DNA of 64,000 nt from positions 55,428,001 to 55,492,000 of the forward strand of contig NC_134474.1 of the NCBI RefSeq assembly GCF_964194025.1, in the 5' to 3' direction. The translations under genes were made by a program, and so were the position numbers. This DNA is from Convolutriloba macropyga. Lineage: Eukaryota. The notes beneath the pieces were generated by a model. It was not told the DNA's origin and made no database searches. It saw only the letters and a list, made by a program, of their open reading frames with translations. This document shows, one piece after another, positions 25,866 through 37,809 of this stretch (position 1 is the first letter of the stretch; every line of letters begins with the position of its first letter).

Positions 25866-27934
25866 AAAATTAGGAGCGCTATAATCACCGCCTGGAATTG
25901 AGGACGCGGCTATTAAAAAGCATTACAATATTTAGTAATAACAATAAAAACAAGGCTTCACAAATATTTTGCAGCTCAAAATTGGGTAAAAAAAAAACCT
26001 GATATACCAATGTCATCTGAGATGCTCTGCATGATCTACATATTTTCAGAAAAAACCTCAGAAACCAGTCATCATTTTGATAAGCCTTTAAAAGTTGTAA
26101 AATCTTAACCAATTTTCCTATTCCAAGATCTGAGTGTTTTACTCCAACAACAATAAAAAAAATCAACTATAAGCAACAAAGCCACATGAAAGCCATCCAT
26201 AATCACCCATTTTGTTGAAGATCCGTTTCAAGTGTTTTTATAGCAATGTCCCACTCATTTGATGTATAATCATTGGAAGATGAAACAAAAACAAATAATT
26301 CGAGGTTGAAAAACTTTGAACCCTAAGAAATCGTTAACACTGAATGGTTGCCGATTGCTTTGAAGTCTTCTAAGAACATCTTTTGTCTTAAAAAAAATCT
26401 GACCATACCCAAATATTTGCAAATAACGTTGAAAACGTATCATCAAGCATGATGACTGTTGAAAATTGAAGCGTGCTGAAATTAAGCGGTTGCGACCTCG
26501 AAAAAAACCTCTAGAACGAATTAAAACCAGATATTAGGCATTTAAGTAAAGAAAATGATAGGTGAAATTAAATTGAGTTAAATTCTGAATTTAGGCTGCA
26601 TCAGTAACTGACGCAGCCAGATAAAATCTGACTCAACAATTTCAGATGAAGAAATACTATTAAAAATTATTAACTAAAAATGAGAGAAACTAAATTTCGA
26701 AACTTTTTAAAAGGATAAAAAAAAATGTTTTCAGCAATCATTCAGCATCTTCAAAAATCACTTAAACAAACAAATTCTCTAAAAGTGACTCTGGAAGATT
26801 CAGTTGCCTTTTTAAAATTATCTTTTTGAAGAATGAAAATTAAAATTAAAAAGGTTCTGAATTTTTCACAAAAAAAATCGAGAAATAGGCAAACTTTTTA
26901 TCTAAGAGATTGACTCGCACAACAATCTTTTTATATCCTTGTCACCTGAATTTCAACTATGTAAGAACTGATGGTCAAATTTTTTTTTGATCATCGCAAC
27001 CAGGAAGCATTTTTATGACCCGCCGCATCCTGATTGCAATAGAAGTACTATGAAAGAGATTTTAACCAAAAATAACTTTGTTTTTGATTAACTTCTCACT
27101 TTTGATCTCAGGAATTTTGTATATGAAAGTCTTCTGAAATGTGCAGACGCCCTCTCAGATTTGTTGAGTATTTATTTGAGCACGTAACTCTGCTGCTAAG
27201 TAAAAACCTATGTATCCCCTTTTTCTCCTAAATTCACTAAATTTTTTTCCCGATGAAAAATTAGTCTAAGTAGAAGTTTGATAATTTCGCTTATTCCACT
27301 AATTGGTGGGATTGTCCCTGACCCGTATACAGAAACATCGTATTGAACTATTGGCTCTATTAAGTTTTAAAACCTTTAATTTTATGTGATCTTGCCTCAA
27401 GACATCTTTAAGATTAAAATTGGTGCACAGAACAGTTTGGATTTTATCAATCAATTATTAAGAGACAGAATTATTAAAACTTATCTCAACTTTGACTGTT
27501 CTTGAGCAAAAAAGTCTAGCAAAAAGTGAGTCATCGACTGAAAATGAACAAATCAACAGCAAAATCTAATAATGAAATTGACCAAAAATAGAAAACGCAA
27601 ATCCTAATTCTCAAATTCTTTTTGGAGTAGCGCACAGAATTCGGATGATATATTCATTACTCAAAATCGGATGACTAACTTACAACGAGCATATATAATT
27701 CCTCATCCGCGTAAAAATGGTAGCATCAATTAAGAAAACTGAAAACAATTTTATAAGAAAAATAATCCTTGACCTCAGTTACTGTTCAAATTCTTTTAGC
27801 AACAACGTGCAGCATGCCTTCATAAAATCTTTTGGTTCTGGCTTGACAATCAGGATGAGCAGAAGTGTTCAACTCCTTCAAAAATTTGGAAACAGATTGG
27901 CTTGAGTTTCAAAAGTAGCAGGATCGATACTTAC

Positions 27935-28202
27935 CAATGAAATTATCCACACAGTGACATCGATCCCACAACAGCGTCTGTAGACAAAACAGATCACACA
28001 CTCTTGAACTGTAAGGCCATTGCTGTCTGATCTCATCCGGAATGTCCAGCTCATCTGGGAATTCGTTCACGCAAGGTCCAAATCTTCCCCCAAGCCGTTC
28101 AACAATTTCTTTCCGGATGGCAATTTTGGCAACAGTTCCTGATGATACAGTTATACCATAGGCTTCTGGGATTGGGTACTGGTCCATTGGGTCTATGACA
28201 AC
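27935..28202 (-). CDS. DEG/ENaC gene exon (palm/beta-ball to start of thumb)
   Basis: ttctag|GTT ... ATT G|gtaagt, phase 0 to 1. VVIDPMDQYPIPEAYGITVSSG...ERLGGRFGPC...YSSRVCDLFCLQTLLWDRCHC. Confidence 0.93.
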
Positions 28203-28720
28203 CTAGAATTCAAATGATTACTGAAATCAACTAATATGACTCAAAAATTTCTCAATTTAATAATAGAAATGAACATAACCCAGGTTAATTTTACCCAAGT
28301 GATCTAGATTGTAAAACAATTTTGCCCAAGAATTGAGTAATTCAGGTATGGCGTTAACTTTATTGCAATAAAATTGTGAGACTAATCACGGGTTCGCATC
28401 GGAATTTGAGTCCGAACCTGTTGTCAAATGAACCGTTTCGTTACCCATTAGCTGAAATCAAAGAAGCATCTTTTTCAATTGAAAAATTACTTTATCAACA
28501 ACAACAGAGGTGCATTTTGATGCGTTCATTTAGCTTGGAATACCCTGGAGACAAAAATCATTGAGATTATTAAATTAAACAGCAAACAAAACGTCCAATG
28601 CGTCCCAGAATTCTTCACAGCGGCACAAAATAACCCTCTTCTAGCTATAGTTTCCATCTGCTAGTCCTGATAGTTTCACAAATTAATTTTCATTTTGATA
28701 CCACTCTGATTAATTCAAAC

Positions 28721-28978
28721 CTGTGCCCCTCCATCATGAGCGAGAGACCCCACATAGTTATCGAAGTCTAGAAACAGAGTCACTTTCAACCCATACTGCT
28801 GGCCAGTCCTGGACGATGTCCGGATCCTCTCGAAATCTCCAGTGATATTGTCTCTATCTTTGTTCAAGATGGAGTTGAACGTGAAACAATTGCCGTACTT
28901 TGGGTTCTGGAACTTCTCAAAGTCTCCCGACTTACAGAGGCGACCATCGAACGTACATTGGACCACGAAGTCTTCGTA
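28721..28978 (-). CDS. DEG/ENaC gene exon (GNCFTFN region)
   Basis: tttcag|TAC ... CAG|gtttga, phase 0 to 0. YEDFVVQCTFDGRLC...YGNCFTFNS...GQQYGLKVTL, the ASC-family signature. Confidence 0.95.
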
Positions 28979-29374
28979 CTGAAATGAAAAGATGCAATTT
29001 ATTGAAAACCCTTATAAGAGAAACTCATCTAGTAGTGTAGAAATCGGGAATTCTTTTAAAAAAAGCTACACTGAACATTAGGGGCAAAATTCTGGGAATA
29101 ATCTAGGGGCGATATCTCGAGACAGATATGTGTATTCTCTGCTCCTCACGAGCAATTTAGTACATAAGGCAACCCCTTATGTTTTTTAAATTTTACACTA
29201 CGGGAAAAAGATGGTCACAGAGAGCAAGTAATTAATAATTCAAAATTGAGATAAATTTACTTTATTGATTGACAACACTACAAGTCAATGGGTACCAAAA
29301 ACTTCCTCTGCTATAATAAAAAAATTGCTTTAAGCAATAAGCAATTGTTAAACAATAAGCTCAATAATGCTTAC

Positions 29375-29561
29375 CTGCGTTCCAAAATGGTTCAGCTCAA
29401 ACTCATTGAAGGTTGCAAATCGTTCAAAGTCACTGTAGTCTGGCATTCTGGCTAGTTCATACACAGCTACCCAGTCATAGGGTTCAATGGGTACGTTAAA
29501 TGACTTGAAGGGATCCCAGTTCCAATAGTAAACATCGTAATTGTTCCAATACCACTCCTCA
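29375..29561 (-). CDS. DEG/ENaC gene exon (finger domain)
   Basis: attag|T GAG ... ACG CAG|gtaagc, phase 2 to 0. EEWYWNNYDVYYWNWDPF...PDYSDFERFATFNEFELNHFGTQ leads into the conserved G-x-Q...F-x-x-x-C-x-F-x-G motif. Confidence 0.85.
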
Positions 29562-30664
29562 CTAATATTAATAATAGAACGCAAATATCAATCAAGAATA
29601 TTGCTAAATGTTGGAAGTTTGAACTAAAATTTCTTTACAAGAGCCTGCATGGGTAAAAGAATGAACAGAGCAGCAAAGCCGGACTCACTAGAACATTTGA
29701 TTTAATCATCGAAAATCGAATTACTCGATCAGAATTTATACAAAATTAAGTTTTTGCAAAGTTTTACAACTTCAACTTCAATATCTAACAGAGAATGGGA
29801 AGTCTCAGGTATTACAAAAATCGATTTCAATGGATTGTAATTGCTTAAAATCTATTTGAGCTCATAGTTTTTTTTACATATGAAACTGTCAACTTTACGC
29901 GTTCAATGGTTTGAAAATTTGCCCGAACTAACGCTTTATTTAGAGATGAAACAATAATTTTTTTCAATGTTTCATTTCGAAGACTTTATTCCTGTTCAAT
30001 GCCTAAGGAAATCCCTAATTGGCTATGTTGAACTTTAAGACTTTTTCTGCCACATTCAGAAGAGAATCGGTTTTCTTGCAGAGCCACAACTCTGCAGTCT
30101 TAGCCATCCATTTCATTCTACTTTATTCAACTTTTTCCAACTATCTAGATAAAGAATTAGAGACTCCCCTTCATCGATCACAACTGCTACCATTTATTGA
30201 ATGAGAATCTGCTATAATAGAAGGCTTATATATAACAATGTAACGTGCGGGTACCCGAGTTGAGGTGGTCGAAATATGATTCGACAATTTTTTGTCTGGG
30301 GGTACCCCTCCCAGACGATAAATACACGGTCTGGACCAAACTTTTTGGTCGCACTATTTCTACTCATAGTCTGGCATCAACGAGCCATAGTCGCAAAAAG
30401 TCTGATATGCACGCTTCAATTCGAATCCTAATTGGACACAACCGAATCATAGTCCCACAAAATCTTCCTCATTCGCCCTATTTCGGTTCATAAAATCGAG
30501 GAAAATCGAATCATCTATAGACAGCATTATAAAGTCCGCCAACTTTTTTAACCATTTGGACAGTTTGCTTCTTGCAAAGCTAACACTTACGAACTAGCAT
30601 TTGAATGTAAAACTTAAAAGTCTCATTACTTTAAACATAACCATTATTAGACCTTGTTACTTAC

Positions 30665-30688
30665 AAGTACTCGGTGGGCCAGTAATCA
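30665..30688 (-). CDS. 24-nt microexon of the channel gene
   Basis: tgtttcag|TGATTACTGGCCCACCGAGTACTT|gtaagt, phase 2 to 2; reads (Y)DYWPTEY(F). Confidence 0.7.
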
Positions 30689-30763
30689 CTGAAACACAGA
30701 AATTAATAATTTGACAAAGTTAAAAAGTTCAAATTATTACTAATGCAGCAAAAGTATACTCAC

Positions 30764-30788
30764 TATCCTTTTGACCTCCAGGACGGCT
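30764..30788 (-). CDS. 25-nt microexon of the channel gene
   Basis: tctttttag|AGCCGTCCTGGAGGTCAAAAGGATA|gtgagt, phase 1 to 2; reads (E)PSWRSKG(Y). Confidence 0.7.
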
Positions 30789-30905
30789 CTAAAAAGAAAC
30801 TAAGTAGTAACTAAGAGGAAGGACGTAAAACTTATATTTTCTATTCAGAAATAAATCATGATAAAATTTCCACCATAGTTTCAACAAATTCTGCAGCTAA
30901 TCAAA

Positions 30906-33900
30906 TAACATACCCGGTAGATTAGATTGCCGGAAAATAGCCACCATTGATTCCCATAACCAGAATTGGGGAATTATATAACACAAAACAATGGAAAAAA
31001 ATAATTTTTGTACAAAACTATTTTTGAAGAGCAAACTTTTTTGATATCATTTCGTAGTTGAACATATTAATGTTTCTCAGTTAGAGGATACAGGGCCTAG
31101 TATCAATACGAATAAGCATTAGGGGCGGTAACTTCAGCTTATGAGAACAAAACGGGCATCTAAAAATGGGCTTCATGGGTTTAACTTTTCTATTTCTGAT
31201 TTCGTTTTTTGATACTGACTGTTCATTTTGAATAATGGCTTTGCTGAGCAACTACTGTCTAAAAACACTTTTAACTTTTAACGGAATGAGAAAAGAGTAA
31301 AACTAGTCTAGTGACGTCAAAAAATGTCTCGTAAAATGTCGAAACAGCGGCAAAACGAGGTAAAGCGAAACAAATTTTTGTCCGACGAAATGAAAAAAAC
31401 ATAGCAGGTCAAGTCCTGACATACAATTCAAAGGATTTTCATTGATTGAACAAAAAACTAGACCTAGAACGGACTATGAGTGAAATGGGAAAACCGTTTT
31501 TGAAAAATCAGATCAAAAAATTAAAAAAAAAACAAAATCAATGTCAAAATGCCACATGAGAACAAAAAAACCACTAGTGAGGTATGGAAATTTGGTTCAA
31601 ACAAAAAACTAGGATGAGCTATGAAAGGATTGGGAAAACCGTTTAGAAAACCGATCCAAAAAGTCGACAAAACCGTAAAAATCAAAGTGAAATGGCCGCA
31701 TGTGAACAAAAAAAACCACTAGCGAGAACGCGAATTTTTGTTCAAACACTGTTTTCTCAACCTACTTGAAAATTAGAGCAAAAAATTTCAGGCCTCAAAA
31801 ACCGCTTGCTTTTTAGCTCCACTTCCTGTTTAGGCATGGTCATAAACACTACTCCAATTTGACTTCAAAAATCATGAAAATATGTGAACAGATCTTTAAA
31901 AAAAGACAGCGACCCAATACAAATCACATTATTTGAATTGTAAAAACATAGCAGGACAAGTCCTGACATACGGTTCAAAGAATTTCTATTGACTAAATTG
32001 AAAAACTAGATTCAGAAAATGCAATGTTTGGGCTCGGAAAACCATTTAGAAAAAACAATCAGATCCAAAAAAAAATCGAAAAAACAATAAAAATCAATGC
32101 TAAAAGAGCGCATGTGAACAAAAAAAACAAGCGAGAAAAAACAAAAAAAATGCCTATTTTTGTAACATGAAAATGTTGAAGACCAGTCTATTGACACTAA
32201 AATCTTTGCAGAAGACTAATATCAAACCCTAGAGGAGGTTTATGGCCCTTGAGGTAAAAAAAAGTTCGACAAAACTTGCAAAAATTAGCATCATGTTTCC
32301 CGTTTCTGTTTGCAGTACCAAAACATATAGCTCATAAAATGACCGAAAAAAAACTATGTCTTGCAAAAGTCCTCTATCAACTTTGACGGACATTAATTCG
32401 AAACTGATCAAACAAAAAACTCGAAAAATGACAAAAAAAACGTGCGAAATTACACCATTTGTGCTCGAAAAATTCAAAAAATAACATTTTAATCTTGAAT
32501 TAACCCATTCCTAGTATCTGCGCCACCCTAAGCACTTCAGGGACTACACAGGCCGGCTTTGTGCCTCTAACGAAATTTAATGACCACAGGGCCTTACCTG
32601 TTTATCCCGGTTTGAAAGATCAAGTCATGAAGAATATGTTAAAACATCTTACAAAAAATACGTTGCACCAATACAATGCAACTCTTGTATTGAAGAAAGA
32701 CAGAGCACCTGAAAATCATGAAAATATAAGAACAGATGTTAAAAAAAGACAGCGCCCCAATACAACTCAAATTCTTTGAATTAAAAACATAGCGGGCCAA
32801 GACCTGACATACGGTTCAAAGAAATTTTATTGACTCACTTGAAAAATTATACTCAGAATATGCAATGATTGGGCTCGGAAAACAATTTAGAAAAAAATCA
32901 GATACAAAAAATTGAAAAAAAAACAAAACAATCAAGGCCAAAATTGCGCATGTGAACAAAAAACAGCGAGAAAACAAATTTTTGTCCAAATACCATTTTC
33001 TCACTCTATAATAAAGTCAGAGCAAAAGATTTTTACACCTTTTTATACCAATCGCTATTTCGCTCGACTTCCTATCGGCGTGATCAAATCATCACTCCAA
33101 TATGACTTCACATTCAAAAAAACGTGTGAACGGATCTTGAAAATAGCAGGACGAGTCCTGAAATACCACACAGAGACTTGAATGGAAAACTTAGAAACAA
33201 TTTACCTGATCAGCAGACCAATTGAAAATTCCAGCCAAAAAGAAAGACAATCTCAGAAGATGAGAAGCTAAAATAAGCAAACAAACTAAGCAATAATATA
33301 ATCAATGTTGAAACTTTTGCAGCATTTAAACTGAAGGCCAATGTTGATCCATTCAAATATACCCATTATCCTGAGTCTTGAAACAGATTTATTGACCAAA
33401 ATAGATAGAAAAAAAATGAGAAAGATGACAAGCACATAAAAATGAGAAATGCAATTAAAATTTTGCGAAAAAAAGCTAAAAACTACTTTTTTGTCCCCAG
33501 AATCTGTACAATGACCCATCCGCAAGCGTAAAAAAAATTCATTGTGCGGTAAAGATTGATAACTTTAGTAGAAAAAGCCAAAGAAACTTGAAGACAACTG
33601 CCGAATTTAATGAAATGTTGCTTAAAGTGTAATATTTTCATCTTCAGAACCACTTCATTGTCTCAAAAGACTATCCAGTGAAACAGGAAAATTCAGAAGT
33701 ATTGAAAAAAATAAAAGTTATCAAGGGTATTGCAAAAATTCGTGATACTGAATGATCAAAACCAATCCGATGCCCCTAGCAACTATCCTGTTTGCACTAC
33801 CAAAACATAAAGCTCATAAAATAACCGGAAAAAATTGTCTTGCAAAAGTCTTCTATCAATTTTGACGGACATTAATTCGAAACTTATCAAACAAAAAACT

Positions 33901-34490
33901 CAAAAAATGACCAAAAAACGTGCGAAATTACACCATTTTGTGCTCAAAAACTTCCGAAAATTACTTTTTAACCTTGAATTAACCCATTCCTAGTATCTTC
34001 GCCACCCTAAGCACTTCAAGGACTATTAAGGCCGGCTTTGTGCCTCTAACGAAACTTATTGACCACAGGGCCTTACCTGTTTATCCCGGTTTGAAAGATC
34101 AAGTCATGAAATATGTGTTAAAACATCTTACAACAAAATAAAATTTAAGATGTTTTAACCATTTAGAAAAACCATTTAAAAAAACCATTTAGAAAAACCA
34201 TTTAGAAAAACCATTTAGAAAAAAAATCAGATAAAAAATTCTCGGAAAACCATTTTGAAAAAAAATCAGATAAAAATTCAGAAAAAACAAAAAATCAATA
34301 CAAAAATTGCGCATGTGAAAAAAACCACCAGCGAGAAAGCAAATTTTTGTCCAAACACCATTTTCTCACTCTACTATAAAATCAGAGCAAAAATTTTTAC
34401 ACCACTTTAAACCGCTCGCTATTTCGCTCCACTTCCTATCTAGGCGTGGTCAAATCATCACTCCAAATTGACTTCACATTCAAAGGTCTC
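30906..34490 (-). mobile_element. Family-1 end followed by a head-to-tail array of four family-2 Helentron-like units
   Basis: The hairpin end (a)atagcaggac-aa-gtcctga recurs at ~31398, 31945, 32785 and 33140. At 31942 and 32782 it directly abuts the opposite end (tttgaatt(gt)a). Confidence 0.65.
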
Positions 34491-34540
34491 ATTGGCGCAA
34501 AAACAAATTAAGCTCTTAACTTCTATTGTTAGCTCAATTA

Positions 34541-35542
34541 CCGTAGTCGAACTCCGACGCTTATCTTGCAAGATCTTGCACGATTCTAGCAAATGACGCC
34601 TATCTTGCAAGATCTTGCGAGATTCTCGCAAATGACGCTTATCTTGCAAGATGCAAGATCCTGACGGCCATCTTGCAAGAACCTTGCAAGATAGACGTCG
34701 AAAAATGTTTAACAAAAAAGAGAAATTTTAAAGTCCTATTAACTCAAAGATCATTTTTTCTTATGAGTTCAGACCGTCTAAGGGAGATCTCTGTTCGAAA
34801 GAGAAACGCTCATATCACTTCTGCCTACAATAACTTATTTGCAAAAACTCATTTCCATAAAAAAAATTCCAATGACCGTTTAAATGCTTTGTTCTATCCA
34901 CAAAAAACTTGAACTGTTAAGTAGGCAAGGAACAAGTAGACAAAAAGGCCCCCAGTACCTCCCAGCTAATGACAGAAAACGTTTCAGTCAACAATTTGTT
35001 TATTAAATTAGACGTTTCTGTCACTCTAATCTTTTTGAATCCCTATTAGGTAACAAGTACCACAAAAACCAAATTTTAGTACACAGCTGAGAGTGAGAGA
35101 GCACATATTTTCTGCTAAATTGTCAATTACATATTTTTTGTTGCGATAACATAACGTTTTTCACTAATTAAAGATGCACCGGGCGAAAATCGTAAATGGC
35201 CGCATTTCGCAACCTTCCAATCTGTTCTAAACTCATCCTACAACAGAACGGCACTCCTGCTGAGGTTTACACAAAGTTTCATGATTAAATTGTGGTCGAT
35301 TTTTTTGCCTGATAATGATTTTTTTCTCGGGTCTTAACGAAAAGTTTTATATCAACTTTACCGTCGACAAAGTATTTGAAATACTAATTACAAGATCGGC
35401 GCTTATCTTGAAAGATTCTTGCATATCCGACGGCTATCTTGCAAGATCTTGCAAGAATCTTGCAAGATGATGCGTAATCTTACAAGACTCTTGCAAGACT
35501 CTTGCAATATCTTGCAAGATAGCCGTCGGTATTAGGCTAGGC
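34541..35542. mobile_element. ~1-kb non-autonomous foldback/TIR element with palindromic subterminal repeats
   Basis: Imperfect ~34-bp TIRs (ccgtagtcgaactccgacgcttatcttgcaagat vs the reverse complement of atcttgcaagatagccgtcggtattaggctaggc). Many TCTTGCAAGA palindromes in 34560-34695 and 35400-35520. Confidence 0.75.
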
Positions 35543-35589
35543 GAATTATTCCAACCTTAATGTGATAGGAGAATAAGAAAACACGCTAA

Positions 35590-37050
35590 CCAGTCTTTCC
35601 AGTTGTTCCAACCCTCCATGAAATAGGGGTTACGAACATTATTCCAGCCTGGCTTTGTTTTTCTGTTCAGTCAATTTTAACCGTTCTATATCTTTTGCGG
35701 AGCGAGACAAAAATGGAACAATTGAGGAGCCCCTGAAAAAATGAGTCAATCCTTGAAGAGATCATTCAACTTTTATGATTTATCAAAGAAAAATTGAAGT
35801 AAAAGTTTTCAAAAGAAATTGCCTTCTTCTCGCCCTATTACGTTAGCGTAAATATAGAAGAATGTTAAAAAGAAAAAAGACATTAAACTGCTAATGAAAC
35901 AGTGTAGTGGCAAACAGTGTAGACGCAAACAGCGTGAGCAAATTAGAATAATATTAAAAGAGTCTGAGAAATATTGAATAGAAAAAAGAACCACTCTCTT
36001 TAATTTAACTCAAGAAAAAAAACTATTTTTCGGTCATGTCCTTAAGGTCAGCCAGAAATATATATGATTTTACAAAGTTTTAAGGCAGTAATTTGTTTTT
36101 ATTTAAGTGCTTTCCAGTTAATGTTTCAAGTAGAAATTTTCGAATTCATTTTTGAATCCTCGGATACCAGACCTACAGCAATTTATTTCAGGTGAAGTCA
36201 ATATAATTGCAAAATACGTGCAAATATCTCCAAAACAATTTTCAAAAATTCCAGTTATAATTTATAATTTCTCCTCTGCTGCATCTTTTCAATTTAAAGT
36301 TTTAAAATTATTTTCCTATTTTTAGGTTGAATACTTGTAGGCTGTAGTTCTGTATCAGAAAGATTGTAAAAACAGGCAAAAAATTTGGAGTGTTTAATTG
36401 AGGCAAAACTACAGGTAGCCATTTTGTGAGTCATATTCTAAAAGTTCACTAGCCAACTGTAGAGAAAGTCACTATAACAGGTTTTGATTTGATGTACAAA
36501 TCAATGTAGAAGAGCAATTTATGTAAGTCTTGACATTACAAACCGACAATCAAACCTAAATTGAGTTTTTTCGAATTGTTTGAGGTAATTTTGAATTTCT
36601 TTTAGACGATGAAAACCTGCATGTCTCGATAAATAACAAAGAAGAACCGTTTTTCGTAGGAAAGTGGACTGTTAAGAACTTTTTTGAAGTCCACTGAAAC
36701 GAAGTCTACCATTATTTTTGACATAATTAGCTTTTTTTCGTCACCAAAGTTCTTCCAAAAAATGCTAATTTTTAAAGCTATGAGGACCAATTTGTTCAAA
36801 GTCCCGCAAACTTTACTCCCTTTAAAAGTTTCCTAATTCCCGCCAAATTTCCTGCGATTTTTATTTCCCCGCAAGTCATTTACAAGTCGGTTCTCAACAA
36901 GTATCTCAAAATCCAAGGGCCAGCGGTCCCAAGGTTCCTTCTCAGTGAAATTATATTTTGAAAACGTTTTTTAGGCCGACAAAATTAGGAGTCAGTCCAC
37001 AGTCCTCGTCTGAGAGGAAATCGAGCGGACCGGGAATTATAACAAACTCT
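35590..37050 (-). pseudogene. Possible decayed exons of an unidentified gene
   Basis: Segments with splice-like borders (atgcag| near 37050, tttcag| near 35733) and protein-like reading broken by frameshifts or stops (FVIIPGPLDFLSDEDCGLTPNFVG / YNFTEKEPWDRWPLDFEILVENRL / PGWNNVRNPYFMEGWEQLERL). No family recognised. Confidence 0.25.
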
Positions 37051-37809
37051 GCATTCCGAAGATTAGTTTGATTTGTTTTGAAAAGAGGAGCCAGCTAACC
37101 ACACTAGCAACTAAATCAAACAACTCCGCTCATAAAACATTCCATAATTTTCTAAATTCCCTCTAAAAAATTTCAAAGAATCACAAATTTCGCACAAAGA
37201 ACAACTCCAAAGCCAGGATGACAATTTTTATGACAAACGTTTGCGCAATGATTCTCACATTCTTCTTAGTTCACTTTAAACCGTCTTTTAACCAGTTTTT
37301 AAATAATTTCAACGGTCTTAAACATGTAAAATGCCTTCAAAAAACAAATAGATCTGAAGAAATTAATGGCCATCGTACTGGTATGAATATAAGCGACAAA
37401 CCAAAAATCATACCAAGAAATTTACAAGGAATTAAATTTCAAGATACAAGAAACTTTGGAAACAATCAATGAAACTTTGTGATCTATTTTAGGTTAAGTA
37501 AACTTTTGCGTGTAATAATGAAACAGCACTATCCAATACGCCACTAAATCGCCTGATCTTTTCTATGTTAACACTTTCCTAAATGTAACCATTATATATT
37601 ATGTTTTTTTTCGGACCATCTCTACGGACATTTTTCGCTGAAACTTATATTTTTGATTTTCCAAAAAATTAATTTATCTCAGTCTCTCGGAATTCTTTGA
37701 GTTTAAACAGCTTCACCCAAAAACATGCCATAACCCCCCTATTGGCATTGTTGCGCTACGGTGCCCAATTATTATGGTCCAAGCCTTCAAACCGTTCATA
37801 CGCTAATAG

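Larger units (their letters stand above)
23522..25914 (-). mobile_element. Helentron/DINE-1-like non-autonomous element, family 1 (contains a nested MITE and a family-2 element)
   Basis: Subterminal inverted repeats AATAGCCGC (23546) and GCGGCTATT (25906), a hairpin ggtagattgcc next to one end, and A/T-run flanks. The same ends occur at 30906, 51371 and 51869. Confidence 0.6.

Noticed and set aside
27680-27880. Exon-like segments right after the 27935 donor
   Set aside because: No reading here resembles the thumb domain: the acceptor at ~27876 hits a stop in phase 1, and the open phase-1 piece at ~27685-27738 ends in phase 0 with no ENaC motif. Exon 23113-22917 supplies the complete thumb in the correct phase.
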